64,000 bases of DNA from Pseudomonadota bacterium (GCA_023423415.1 JAFAFP010000158.1:3814-67813), one strand, 5' to 3'. Counted from the stretch's first letter, positions 20,316 to 29,962 are shown. The notes: generated by a model not told the origin, from the letters alone. A program made the numbers and translations.

Positions 20316-22127
20316 TTATCCGACGGCCGTCTCGCGGGCCGGCGCGCCATGCGTCTGCGGGATTTTGTCGGCATACGCCTTCACGAAATCCGACATCGGC
20401 GCATTGTGCCCGGCGGGCGGGTCCATCGCGTGATCGGTATAGGACTGAATGTCGGGATCGGCATAGACCTTCTTCATGATTGCGCGATATTTCCGCACAA
20501 GCTTGACCCACCGCACCACTGTCCGGGTGAAATCGTAGGCGCGCCATGGATAGAAGATCAGTGGATTGACGATCGGCATGCCGTAGCGCCGCTGCGTCCT
20601 CATCTTGCGACGCACGAAACCGAACTGCAGGGGATGCACGCCTTCGATCCGTGATGAGCCGGAAAACAGCGTGATGCCGTCGATCACCTTGGTCTTGTTC
20701 AATCCGGTCGCGGCAGCCCGGCGCATGATGGTTTCAACATGCTCGTCGCTGTAATAGCGCGTCCAGGCGTCGCGATAGACCTGTTCCCACGTTTCTTTCG
20801 ACATGATCGGGTGCGCGGTGCAGGCATGTTCAAGATCGTATTTGTTCAGATCGGGATCGACCGGAATCCCTTTCATATGCAGGACCTTGTGGTCCTCGGA
20901 GCCTGGAAGCGGTGTCAGGTAAAAGAACTCGAGGATATCGACCGGCAATTCCTTTTTGATGATTTCGATGTCGCGCGCGATCGATTCCGGTGTGTCGGTC
21001 GGGAAACCGAGAATATAGCCGGCGAACGTCATGACCTTGGCTTTGCGCCAGGCATGAAACATTTCCTGATATTCCCAGATCTTGTTCTGGCGCTTCTTGG
21101 CGCCGGCGAGCGATTGCGGATTGATATTCTCAAGCCCGATGAACACCGCGGTGCAGCCGGCCCGTGCGGCCTTTTCGATGAAGCCCGGGATCTTGTGACA
21201 GAGCGTGTCGACCTGCAGCAGCAGGCGGATCTTGAAGCCTTCCTTTTCGCGCAGTTCGATCAAGCGGTCGAGGATCGGCTCCCAGTTCTTGTTGCGTGCA
21301 TAATTGTCGTCGGTGATGAAGAAACGCGTGATGTTCTGCTTCGCATTGGCACGCACGATGCCTTCGATGTCGTCGGCGGTGCGGTAACGCGACTTGCGGC
21401 CCTGCACGTTGATGATGGTGCAGAAGCTGCATTGAAACGGACAGCCGCGGCCGGCGTCGAAACTCGCATAGTGGCCGGCGACACGGGTGACAACCTTGCG
21501 CGGCAGCACCGGAAAGGTCGCCGCCGTCATGTCCGGCGAGTCTTTCAGATGATTGTAGATCGGCTTCGCCTGCCCGGACGCCATGTCGCGCAGGAAATCC
21601 GCCATCCGGCCTTCGCTTTCGCCGGCATAGAGGACCGCGCCGAGATCGAGCGCTTCCTGCAATTCCGGCGTCAGCGTGGGCAGCATCGAAATGACGCCGC
21701 TGACATGGAAGCCGCCAATCGCGACAGGAATATTCTGCTTGCGGAAGATGCGGGCCAGATCGAGCGCACGCGGGTATTGATTGGACTGCACACCGACGAG
21801 CGCCACGAATCCGGCGCCGGCCTTTTGAATGCGTCGCGTGATACCCTTGATGTCGATGACGGTATTACATTCGTCGTAAGCTTCGATGTCGATGGCAACA
21901 TCGGGACCCAGCACCTCGGCGTCGGCGCATTCGCGGAGCAAGCCATAGACGCTGGCAAGGCTATTGGAGGGGATGGTCGATCGCCACCATTGGATGACAT
22001 ATCCATCGGCGTCGTAATGCGATGGCTTGATCAGGACGATCGGGAAGGGGCGCAGCGCGATACGTTCGGGCTCACCCGCAATCAAGGCAGTTTCAGTTCC
22101 CCTGGAAACGCCTGCCGCCCCGGCCAT
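20316..22127 (-). CDS. Radical SAM protein with B12-binding-like N-terminal domain
   Basis: RGCPFQCSFC, GGFHVS, FITDDN, FIGLEN. Confidence 0.9.
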   Translation of the reverse strand: MAGAAGVSRGTETALIAGEPERIALRPFPIVLIKPSHYDADGYVIQWWRSTIPSNSLASVYGLLRECADAEVLGPDVAIDIEAYDECNTVIDIKGITRRIQKAGAGFVALVGVQSNQYPRALDLARIFRKQNIPVAIGGFHVSGVISMLPTLTPELQEALDLGAVLYAGESEGRMADFLRDMASGQAKPIYNHLKDSPDMTAATFPVLPRKVVTRVAGHYASFDAGRGCPFQCSFCTIINVQGRKSRYRTADDIEGIVRANAKQNITRFFITDDNYARNKNWEPILDRLIELREKEGFKIRLLLQVDTLCHKIPGFIEKAARAGCTAVFIGLENINPQSLAGAKKRQNKIWEYQEMFHAWRKAKVMTFAGYILGFPTDTPESIARDIEIIKKELPVDILEFFYLTPLPGSEDHKVLHMKGIPVDPDLNKYDLEHACTAHPIMSKETWEQVYRDAWTRYYSDEHVETIMRRAAATGLNKTKVIDGITLFSGSSRIEGVHPLQFGFVRRKMRTQRRYGMPIVNPLIFYPWRAYDFTRTVVRWVKLVRKYRAIMKKVYADPDIQSYTDHAMDPPAGHNAPMSDFVKAYADKIPQTHGAPARETAVG

Positions 22128-22205
22128 AGCACCAGTGGATACATATTTTCACGCCGGCGCAAGAGTGAAATGGCCGGTTGTCTGCTGCTTATTGAGGTGT
22201 CCCGG

Positions 22206-22607
22206 TCAGAAACCTGGATGGAAAATGTCGTCGAAATTGGTGCCGCTCTCGTCGGCCATTTCGTTCTCCATTTCGGATACGACGGTGGTGGTGCTTCGGC
22301 CGACATTGTCGGGCTGCAACAGCGACGGCATGTTGCGATAAGCTTTCATTGCCGCCTCATCGCCGATATAGGCGCATTTGCAATAGGTCGGATCGGCATA
22401 GACGTAATAGCGGGTGCCGTTCTTGCGGTGCGGGACCATTGTGTGCGCCGGGATGCTTTTCAGTCGCTGCATCTTCTGCGGCGTATTGGCTTCCTTCATC
22501 TTGAAGCCGGCATCCTCAAGACGCATCCCGATGCCGAGCTGAGGCGACGCAGGCTGGGCGAGAAGCGGAGACGTCAACAGGCTGAACAGAACGACAAGGC
22601 TTCTCAC
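22206..22607 (-). CDS. Hypothetical exported protein with CKC motif (start uncertain)
   Basis: Hydrophobic N-terminus from GTG 22607; YVYADPTYCKCAYIG. Confidence 0.6.
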   Translation of the reverse strand: MRSLVVLFSLLTSPLLAQPASPQLGIGMRLEDAGFKMKEANTPQKMQRLKSIPAHTMVPHRKNGTRYYVYADPTYCKCAYIGDEAAMKAYRNMPSLLQPDNVGRSTTTVVSEMENEMADESGTNFDDIFHPGF

Positions 22608-22675
22608 GAGTGATCTCCGACGACTGATCCGTGGCAAAGACCTAGCGGACTCGTCCCGGCTCGCCAAGCGCCGTT

Positions 22676-22707
22676 AAAAAAAGCACGAGGCTTTTGGGCC
22701 TCGTGCT
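22676..22707 (-). terminator. Intrinsic terminator of glnII
   Basis: Minus strand agcacgaggc-ccaaaa-gcctcgtgct followed by a T run. Confidence 0.8.
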
Positions 22708-22723
22708 GGTCGATTGATCTGGC

Positions 22724-23761
22724 TTACGCTGCGACGGCCTTGGCTTCGGTCGGCACTTCCGAGATCGTTTTCAGCACCTGTGCTGCGATCTGGTAGGGAT
22801 CGCCCTCCGAGTTCGGACGGCGATCTTCCAGGTAGCCCTTGTAGCCGTTGTTGACGAATGAGTGCGGCACGCGGATCGAGGCGCCGCGGTCGGCGACGCC
22901 ATAGCTGAACTTGTTCCACGGCGCCGTTTCGTGCTTGCCGGTCAGGCGCAGGTGATTGTCCGGGCCGTAGACGGCGATGTGTTTGTGGAGGTTCTTGTCG
23001 AACGCCTTCATCAGCGCCTCAAAGTACGCCTTGCCGCCGACTTCGCGCATGTACTTGGTCGAGAAGTTGCAGTGCATGCCCGAGCCGTTCCAGTCGGTGT
23101 CGCCGAGCGGCTTGCAGTGGAATTCGATGTCGATGCCGTATTTCTCGGTGAGGCGCAGCAGCAGGTAGCGCGCGATCCAGATCTGGTCGGCGGCGGTCTT
23201 CGAACCCTTGCCGAAGATCTGGAATTCCCACTGGCCCTTCGCCACTTCGGCGTTGACGCCTTCGTGGTTGATGCCGGCGGCGAGGCACAGCTCGAGATGC
23301 TCTTCCACGATCTCGCGGGCGACCGAACCGACATTCTTGTAGCCGACGCCGGTGTAGTAGGGGCCTTGCGGGGCCGGATAGCCTTCCGTCGGGAAGCCAA
23401 GCGGACGACCGTCCTTGTAGAAAAAGTACTCCTGCTCGAAGCCGAACCAAGCATCTGGATCATCGAGGACGGTGACGCGGGTGTTCGACGGGTGCGGGGT
23501 GACGCCATCCGGCATCATCACTTCGCACATCACGAGCGCGCCGTTCTTGCGCGCAGCGTCGGGGTAGATGGCGACCGGCTTCAATACGCAATCGGAGCTA
23601 CGGCCCTCGGCCTGCATCGTCGATGAACCATCGAAGCCCCAGAGCGGAAGCTGCTCGAGCGTCGGAAAACTGTCGAATTCTTTCAGCTGGGTTTTACCAC
23701 GCAGATTCGGAACCGGCGTGTAACCATCGAGCCAAATGTATTCGAGCTTGTACTTTGTCAT
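22724..23761 (-). CDS. glnII: Glutamine synthetase type II
   Basis: KLEYIWLDG, WGFDGSST, NAEVAKGQWEFQ, DWNGSGMH, YLEDRRP; 345 aa, GSII size. Confidence 0.96.
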   Translation of the reverse strand: MTKYKLEYIWLDGYTPVPNLRGKTQLKEFDSFPTLEQLPLWGFDGSSTMQAEGRSSDCVLKPVAIYPDAARKNGALVMCEVMMPDGVTPHPSNTRVTVLDDPDAWFGFEQEYFFYKDGRPLGFPTEGYPAPQGPYYTGVGYKNVGSVAREIVEEHLELCLAAGINHEGVNAEVAKGQWEFQIFGKGSKTAADQIWIARYLLLRLTEKYGIDIEFHCKPLGDTDWNGSGMHCNFSTKYMREVGGKAYFEALMKAFDKNLHKHIAVYGPDNHLRLTGKHETAPWNKFSYGVADRGASIRVPHSFVNNGYKGYLEDRRPNSEGDPYQIAAQVLKTISEVPTEAKAVAA

Positions 23762-23846
23762 TGGTCTCTCATCTCGGATGACGCGAAGGAGCGGTAGCCT
23801 GGTGCTCGGCGCCGGCTCGCGCCCGGCCGCCGGCAGAGCGTTTGCT

Positions 23847-23863
23847 AGCACTTTGTGTGCCAA
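23847..23863 (-). promoter_or_regulatory. Sigma54 -24/-12 promoter of glnII
   Basis: Minus strand TTGGCACACAAAGTGCT (GG-N10-GC). Confidence 0.8.
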
Positions 23864-23956
23864 TTCAAAGGGCAGCGCCTGCGTGCGCGGCAGATGCTGC
23901 ACCACGGCAGATATACGACACAGCCATTGTGCTGTCTGGAAGAGCAGGGAAGGGGT

Positions 23957-23995
23957 TGCCTAAAATGTAGTCAAATACTGATTTATTTTCAGGCA
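23957..23995. promoter_or_regulatory. Two candidate NtrC-type upstream activator sites
   Basis: 17-mers TGCCTAAAATGTAGTCA and TGATTTATTTTCAGGCA about 95-130 bp upstream of the sigma54 site; resemble TGCACC-N5-GGTGCA. Confidence 0.5.
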
Positions 23996-24071
23996 AACGG
24001 ATCAATAGGGCGGCAAAGCGATTATATTTGTCCACGCGCGGTGGACTCGCGCGACCGAAAGGATCCGGACG

Positions 24072-24260
24072 ATGAGAAGTCTCAATCGCGGTCCCGCCAA
24101 GATTTACGCTTTTCCCGCCAGGGGCCGTTTTGCTGCGGATGACCAGCACGACGACAGCCGGCCACGTCTTTCCGGCCCTACCGTACCGTGCGTCTCAAGC
24201 AGCAGTTCCTGGTATCACGACGAAGCCATTCGCGAAGCCGAGCAACCGCGCAAGAATTAG
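24072..24260 (+). CDS. gstI: DUF2735 protein, GstI-like glutamine synthetase II translation inhibitor
   Basis: 62 aa, AKIYAFP and SWYHDEAI motifs, divergent from glnII as in rhizobia. Confidence 0.75.
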   Translation: MRSLNRGPAKIYAFPARGRFAADDQHDDSRPRLSGPTVPCVSSSSSWYHDEAIREAEQPRKN

Positions 24261-24317
24261 AAATTGCCGCTGACGCAAGCTCTCGTTTTTTCTGCGTGCA
24301 GACAGGCGCGCGCCGTT

Positions 24318-25259
24318 TCACGTGCCAAAAATCGACCAGCCCATCCGCTTCGTGAGCGCTTCCAGCGCGATACGGCCGAGATGGGAGTTGCCGTTGTCGT
24401 CGAGGCCCGGCGACCATACGGCGATGGAGGCTTTGCCGGGCGCAATCGCAAGGATCCCGCCGCCGACGCCGCTCTTGCCAGGCAGGCCGACGCGATACGC
24501 AAACTCGCCTGACCCATCATAGTGACCGCATGTCAGCATGATCGCATTGATGCGACGGGCGCGCTCGGGCTGAACAACCGAGTATCCCGTCGAAGGATTG
24601 CGGCCGAGATGGGCCAGAAAGCGCCCGGCCATCGCGAGTTGCCGGCACGACATCGCAATCGCGCAGTGATGGAAGTACACGCCGAGCGTGAAATCGACCG
24701 GATTGTCGAGCACGCCGAACGACTTCATGTAATTGGCGAGCGCGATGTTGCGATATCCGGTGCGCTGTTCGGATGCCGCAACCGCCTCGTCGATCATGAC
24801 AGACGAATCGTCGGCGATGAACTGCATGAAGCGCAGGATATCGCCCAGCGCCTCGCGCGGCTTGTGCCCGGACAGGATCGCATCGGTGACGGCGATCGCA
24901 CCGGCGTTGATGAAGGGATTGCGCGGAATCCCCTTCTCGTATTCGAGCTGGACGATGGAGTTGAACGCGCTGCCGGAGGGTTCGCGGCCGACGCGCTTCC
25001 ACAGCCGGTCGCCGATCTTGCCGAGGGCGAGTGTCAGCGTGAACACCTTGGAGATGCTCTGGATCGAAAACGGTGTGTCGCTGTCGCCGCTTGTGGCGAT
25101 ATTGCCCTCGTTGTCGATGACGGCGATCCCGAACGCACTCGGGTCTGCCCGGGCCAGTTCGGGGATGTAGGTTGCCACCTGTCCCCGATCCTGCCGCTGC
25201 CGCATCTCGTCGGCGATTTCCTTTACAACAACGTCGAGGTCAGGTGCGGCGTGGCTCAT
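24318..25259 (-). CDS. glsA: Glutaminase
   Basis: [42 protein letters not shown]. Confidence 0.95.
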   Translation of the reverse strand: MSHAAPDLDVVVKEIADEMRQRQDRGQVATYIPELARADPSAFGIAVIDNEGNIATSGDSDTPFSIQSISKVFTLTLALGKIGDRLWKRVGREPSGSAFNSIVQLEYEKGIPRNPFINAGAIAVTDAILSGHKPREALGDILRFMQFIADDSSVMIDEAVAASEQRTGYRNIALANYMKSFGVLDNPVDFTLGVYFHHCAIAMSCRQLAMAGRFLAHLGRNPSTGYSVVQPERARRINAIMLTCGHYDGSGEFAYRVGLPGKSGVGGGILAIAPGKASIAVWSPGLDDNGNSHLGRIALEALTKRMGWSIFGT

Positions 25260-25495
25260 CTGTGGTCAGGCTGAAGGTGTGATCGCGTTCATGAATGCGA
25301 GAACGGCAATGCAAGAATGACACCGTTCGCGCAGGCTCCATGTAGCGAAGGCATGGAGATGGGGACGTTGTCGTTGAATCGTTTTGACTTGGTTAGGAGG
25401 GAGGCCGCAACTGTTTGAAGCCAAGGACAATAGCAGAAAACGATACCCGATATGTGCGGGGATAGTCGCTAAGTCGCTGAAATTGATGAGCTATT

Positions 25496-25569
25496 TGGCT
25501 GGGGAACTAGGATTCGAACCTAGATTAACGGAGTCAGAGTCCGCTGTTCTACCATTGAACTATTCCCCA
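25496..25569 (-). tRNA. tRNA-Gln (anticodon CTG) with encoded CCA
   Basis: TGGGGAATAGTTCAATGGTAGAACAGCGGACTCTGACTCCGTTAATCTAGGTTCGAATCCTAGTTCCCCAGCCA folds as a cloverleaf. Confidence 0.96.
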
Positions 25570-25682
25570 AAACCCCGCCCAAGGCGTGTCCCGGGAGCGC
25601 CGGAATCGGCGATACATATACGGCACCGCCGCGTATTTCAAATACGCTTTTCGCGTTATTCGGGATGCAATCCAGAACAAAC

Positions 25683-25862
25683 CTACGGCCGAGCGGCCTC
25701 AGCCCGGGGCCGCGCCGAAGCCTCTGCGAATTCATCGGTCTCCTTGCAGATCACGCCGCAATAGAAACGTTCCTTGCCAAGCTGCCAGGCCGAAAGTTCT
25801 TCAAGACACCGACCGCAAGCCGCGCAAAGGAATCCGTACAACGGATGCTGTTGTTCTTTCAT
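25683..25862 (-). CDS. Possible 59-aa Cys-motif (zinc-finger-like) protein
   Basis: C-x2-C-x18-C-x3-C pattern; no clear SD. Confidence 0.35.
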   Translation of the reverse strand: MKEQQHPLYGFLCAACGRCLEELSAWQLGKERFYCGVICKETDEFAEASARPRAEAARP

Positions 25863-25944
25863 CTGCTGATATGTTTGGAAATGCCGACCCCCGAGCGCCT
25901 CTAACGCTCCGACGCACCATCCGTTCCCCCGAAAATAAGCAACC

Positions 25945-26115
25945 TCAGGCGGTATGCCCGTCGTCGATATCCTTCGGCGTGTTCTTTCGTTGCTGGGGTA
26001 CCATGCGCGCCGGATCGGGCTCGCCGGGCACGCCGCGCGGGCCAAGAATCTCTCGCTGCATCTCGTCCTCGGTTTCCAGCCGATCACGATTTTCCGAAAG
26101 CGGACGTTGTTTCAT
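25945..26115 (-). CDS. Putative 56-aa hydrophilic small protein (not in ORF track)
   Basis: GGAGG SD; MKQRPLSENRDRLETEDEMQREILGPRGVPGEPDPARMVPQQRKNTPKDIDDGHTA. Confidence 0.6.
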   Translation of the reverse strand: MKQRPLSENRDRLETEDEMQREILGPRGVPGEPDPARMVPQQRKNTPKDIDDGHTA

Positions 26116-26170
26116 GGAAACCTCCGCCTTCGAAACGCGTCAATGGTGCGGTCGTTCCCGCGATCAGACG

Positions 26171-27352
26171 TCACACCTTGTCGAGGGCCGCCAGGATGTC
26201 TTCCAAGATGTCGTCGGGGTGTTCGAGGCCGACCGACAGGCGCAAAAAGCCATCGGTGATGCCAAGATCGGCGCGCGCCTGTTGCGTGAGGCGCTGATGT
26301 GTCGTCGTCGCGGGATGCGTGATCAGGCTCTTGGCATCGCCGAGATTGTTGGAGATGCGCACGAGCTGCAGCGCGTCCTGGAAGCGGAAGGCGCCGGCTT
26401 TGTCGCCGGTTACTTCCAAGGCGACGAGCGTCGAGCCGCCGCGCATCTGCCGCTGGATGATGTCGGCCTGAGGATGATCCGGACGGCCAGGATAGATCAA
26501 CCGTTTGACCTTTGGATGATTGTGCAAAGCAACGGCAACCGCCGCGGCCGTGTCCGTTTGGCGGCGGACACGCACCGCTAATGTCTCTAGACCCTTCAGC
26601 AAAACCCACGCGTTGAACGGTGACATCGACGGGCCGGTCTGGCGGAACAGGGTCTGGATATTGTCGGCAATGAATTTCTGCGAGCCGAGAATGACGCCGC
26701 CAAGGCAGCGCCCCTGACCGTCGATATGTTTCGTGGCGGAGTACACGACGCAGTCGGCGCCAAGCGCGAGCGGACTTTGCCATAGCGGCGTCGAGAACAC
26801 ATTGTCCACCGTGACGGTTGCGCCGGCTTCGTGCGCGATCTTCGACACGGCGGCGATGTCGATCACTTCGAGCGTCGGGTTGGCCGGCGTCTCCATGAAG
26901 AATGTCTTGGTGTTGGGACGGACGGCGTTCTTCCACTGATTGAGATCGGTGCCATCGACCAGCGTCGAGGTGACGCCGAAACGGGGCAGCAATTCTTCGA
27001 CCACGTAAAGACATGAACCGAACAGGGCCCGTGACGCTACGACGTGATCGCCGGCCTTGACCTGGCCCATCATCGCCAACGTGACGGCGGCCATGCCGGT
27101 CGCCGTGGCGCGTGCATCTTCAGCGCCTTCGAATTCCGCCATGCGCTGCTCGAACATGCGCACGGTGGGATTGGCGAAGCGTGAATACTGAAAGCCCGGA
27201 TCCTCGCCCTTGAAGCGTGCTTCGGCCTGCGCCGAATTGTCGTAAACATAGCCTTGCGTAAGGAATAGAGCCTCGGACGTCTCGCCGAACTGTGAGCGTA
27301 GAATGCCGGACTGAACAAGGCGGGTTTCGGGGCGGTAGTTGCGTGGTGACAT
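26171..27352 (-). CDS. metZ: O-succinylhomoserine sulfhydrylase
   Basis: ETSEALFLTQG, YSRFANPT, YSATKHIDGQGR (PLP Lys), NNLGDAKSL; upstream SAM riboswitch. Confidence 0.93.
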   Translation of the reverse strand: MSPRNYRPETRLVQSGILRSQFGETSEALFLTQGYVYDNSAQAEARFKGEDPGFQYSRFANPTVRMFEQRMAEFEGAEDARATATGMAAVTLAMMGQVKAGDHVVASRALFGSCLYVVEELLPRFGVTSTLVDGTDLNQWKNAVRPNTKTFFMETPANPTLEVIDIAAVSKIAHEAGATVTVDNVFSTPLWQSPLALGADCVVYSATKHIDGQGRCLGGVILGSQKFIADNIQTLFRQTGPSMSPFNAWVLLKGLETLAVRVRRQTDTAAAVAVALHNHPKVKRLIYPGRPDHPQADIIQRQMRGGSTLVALEVTGDKAGAFRFQDALQLVRISNNLGDAKSLITHPATTTHQRLTQQARADLGITDGFLRLSVGLEHPDDILEDILAALDKV

Positions 27353-27421
27353 CGCAGGCTTCCTTCCAGAACGTTTCACACCGAGCTTGTCCCTGAGCAT
27401 GGCGATCCATGCGCAGGGCAC

Positions 27422-27453
27422 AAAAAATCCCGGCCGGAAAATCCGGGCCGGGC
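27422..27453 (-). terminator. Terminator/attenuator hairpin in the metZ leader
   Basis: Minus strand cccggcccgga-ttt-tccggccggg (one bulge) followed by attttttg. Confidence 0.6.
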
Positions 27454-27461
27454 ACAAACGT

Positions 27462-27530
27462 CCCCGGCCTTTTAGCGAGTTGTTTTACGTGGCTGCAAGC
27501 CGGCCGGCTCAAATTGACCACGGATCGAAT
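27462..27530 (-). ncRNA. SAM-II (SAM-alpha) riboswitch
   Basis: Minus strand CGTGGTCAATTTGAGCCGGCCGGCTTGCAGCCACGTAAAACAACTCGCTAAAAG matches the SAM-II pattern; upstream of metZ. Confidence 0.88.
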
Positions 27531-27580
27531 TCGCTCTTACGCCCCGGCAGAAACCGCGTCAAGGCATGGTTGCATGCCGC

Positions 27581-29962
27581 TTATGCAGCTCTGTTTTGTT
27601 GGGCCGACTGGATCGCTGCCCACACCCGCGATGGCGATGCGGGCATGTCGATATGGCGGATGCCATACACTGACAGTGCATCGACGACCGCATTCATCAC
27701 GCAAACCAGCGCGCCGGCGCAGCCGGCTTCGCCGCAGCCCTTGGTGCCAAGCGGATTGGTGGTCGCCGGCACTGCGTGGCTGAAGAAACCGATATTCGGT
27801 GCGCTCTTGGCGCGCGGCATCGCATAGTCCTGGAACGAGCCGGTCAGCAACTGACCGTCCGCATCATAGACCGCGTTCTCCATCAGCGCCTGACCGATGC
27901 CCTGGATCACGCCGCCATGCACCTGGCCTTCGACCAGCAGCGGATTGATGATTGTGCCAAAGTCATTGACCGACGAGTATCTCACGACATCCGTCGCGCC
28001 GGTCTCCGGATCGATCTCCACCTCGGCGATGTGACAGCCATTTGGGAAGGCCGATGGCGCGCCGTTATAGGTATGGCTGACATCGAGCGTCTGCGGCACG
28101 TCATCCGGCAATCGCATTCCGGCATGGAGTTTCCCGGCAAGCTCCATGATGCCGATCGAGTGATCGGTGCCGGAGATCGTGAAGCGGCCATTGGTGAACT
28201 CGATATCGCCGGGCGATGCCTCCAGAACGTGCGAGGCGATCGCCTTGCCGTTCTCGATAACGATGGCGGATGCTTCGATGATGGCCGCGCCGCTGGCCGT
28301 CACGGAGCGCGAGCCGCCGCTGCCGCCACCGGCGATGAGCTGATCGCTATCGCCCTGCACAAGACGGATGCGTTCGAACGGAATACCGAGCGCGTGCGAC
28401 AGCACCTGGGCAAATGAGGTGGCATGACCCTGACCGTAATCGAGCGTGCCGGTGATGATGGTGACGTCGCCATTCGGCTCGAAGCGGATGCCGCCCATTT
28501 CCTTGCTGGGGGGCGCAGTGACTTCGAGGAACGAGCCGATGCCAATGCCACGCAATTTTCCACGCGATGCACTCTCGTGCTTGCGTGCCTCGAAGCCGGC
28601 GACGTCGGCGATCTTCTGCGTTTCCTCGAACAGGGCCGGGAAGTCGCCGCTATCGTAGTTCATGCCCGATGAAGCTGTGTACGGAAACTCTGTCGGCGCA
28701 ATGTGATTGCGGCGGCGCAGTTCGAGACGGTCGATGCCCATCTCGGCAGCAGCCGCGTCGATCAATCGCTCCATGTAATAGTTGCCCTCCGGGCGCCCTG
28801 CGCCGCGATAGGCGGAAACCTGCGTCGTGTTGGTGAACACGCATTTCGCCGAGACTTCGAGCAGCGGCGTGCGATAGACGCTGACGATATTCTTCACGAG
28901 GTTCTGCGTGCCTGGCACCGGCGAGACCGTCGCCAGGAACCCGCCCATATTGGCGTGGCTTGTGGCGCGGAGCGCGATGAAGCGTCCGTCCTTGTCCAGA
29001 GCCAGTTCGACATCGACTTCATGATCGCGGCCATGCGAGTCCGAAACGAATGAGCCGGAGCGATCGTCCGTCCATTTCACCGGCCGTCCGAGTTGTCGGG
29101 ACGCATGCAGGATGCAGACATATTCGGGATAGATCTGCGCCTTCATGCCGAACGAGCCGCCGACATTGCCGGTCAGTACGCGGACCTTGTTCGGCTTGAC
29201 GCCCAGGATGTCAGCCAGTTGTGCCCTCATGCCGAACACACCCTGGCTTTGCGAATGCAGGGTCCAATGGTCCTGTGTCGCGTCATATTCGCCAATCGCG
29301 GCGCGCGGCTCCATCGGCGCAGCCACAAGGCGGGTATTGCGTAGCGATAGCCTTGTTACATGCGCAGCCTGGGCGAAGGTCTCGGCAACCTTTTCGCTGT
29401 CGCCATAGTGATAATCGAGCGCGATATTGTCCGGCACTTCGTCGAACAGTTGCGGAGCGCCCGGTTGCGCCGCCTCGCTGGCGAGCGTCACTGCGGGCAG
29501 GGGATCGATATCGAGGATCACGGCGTCGGCCGCATCGCGGGCCTGTGCCGCCGTCTCGGCGACCACGACCGCGACCGGATCGCCGACAAAGCGGACCTTG
29601 GCGTCAGCCAGCGCATGGCGCGCCGGTTTCTTCATGTCCGAGCCGTCGCGGTTCTTGAACGGGGCGAAGCATTTCAGCGTCCCGTATCCGACGAGATCGC
29701 GCGCTGCATAAACGCCAAGCACGCCCGGCATGGTCCGCGCCGCGTCCGTATCAATGCCGTTGATGATTCCGTGCGCATACGGCGAGCGCACCATCACCCC
29801 ATAAGCCTGCCCGGCGAGGTTCATGTCGTCCGTGTAGTGGCCACGGCCCTGGACCAGGACCGGGTCTTCGGTGCGCGGGACAGGCTGGCCGACGCCGAAC
29901 TTGGTCAGGGACCAATCCTGATCCGGATTCTCGAATTGCGGGGCATTTTCGCGAATGTTCAT
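27581..29962 (-). CDS. Xanthine dehydrogenase-family molybdopterin-binding subunit (form II CoxL-like)
   Basis: VGGSFGMK, AYRGAGR, YGQGHAT, EGQVHGG, KGCGEAG. Confidence 0.92.
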   Translation of the reverse strand: MNIRENAPQFENPDQDWSLTKFGVGQPVPRTEDPVLVQGRGHYTDDMNLAGQAYGVMVRSPYAHGIINGIDTDAARTMPGVLGVYAARDLVGYGTLKCFAPFKNRDGSDMKKPARHALADAKVRFVGDPVAVVVAETAAQARDAADAVILDIDPLPAVTLASEAAQPGAPQLFDEVPDNIALDYHYGDSEKVAETFAQAAHVTRLSLRNTRLVAAPMEPRAAIGEYDATQDHWTLHSQSQGVFGMRAQLADILGVKPNKVRVLTGNVGGSFGMKAQIYPEYVCILHASRQLGRPVKWTDDRSGSFVSDSHGRDHEVDVELALDKDGRFIALRATSHANMGGFLATVSPVPGTQNLVKNIVSVYRTPLLEVSAKCVFTNTTQVSAYRGAGRPEGNYYMERLIDAAAAEMGIDRLELRRRNHIAPTEFPYTASSGMNYDSGDFPALFEETQKIADVAGFEARKHESASRGKLRGIGIGSFLEVTAPPSKEMGGIRFEPNGDVTIITGTLDYGQGHATSFAQVLSHALGIPFERIRLVQGDSDQLIAGGGSGGSRSVTASGAAIIEASAIVIENGKAIASHVLEASPGDIEFTNGRFTISGTDHSIGIMELAGKLHAGMRLPDDVPQTLDVSHTYNGAPSAFPNGCHIAEVEIDPETGATDVVRYSSVNDFGTIINPLLVEGQVHGGVIQGIGQALMENAVYDADGQLLTGSFQDYAMPRAKSAPNIGFFSHAVPATTNPLGTKGCGEAGCAGALVCVMNAVVDALSVYGIRHIDMPASPSRVWAAIQSAQQNRAA

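Noticed and set aside
20739..22613. 624-aa plus-strand ORF, and similar long ORFs such as 4267..5769, 38804..39802, 15367..16320 and 19215..20264
   Set aside because: Antisense shadows of well-supported genes, expected from high-GC codon bias; no motifs of their own.
25260..25495. AT-richer DNA at the 3' side of tRNA-Gln as a possible island attachment site
   Set aside because: No duplicated tRNA 3' end and no integrase in the window; at most a scar.
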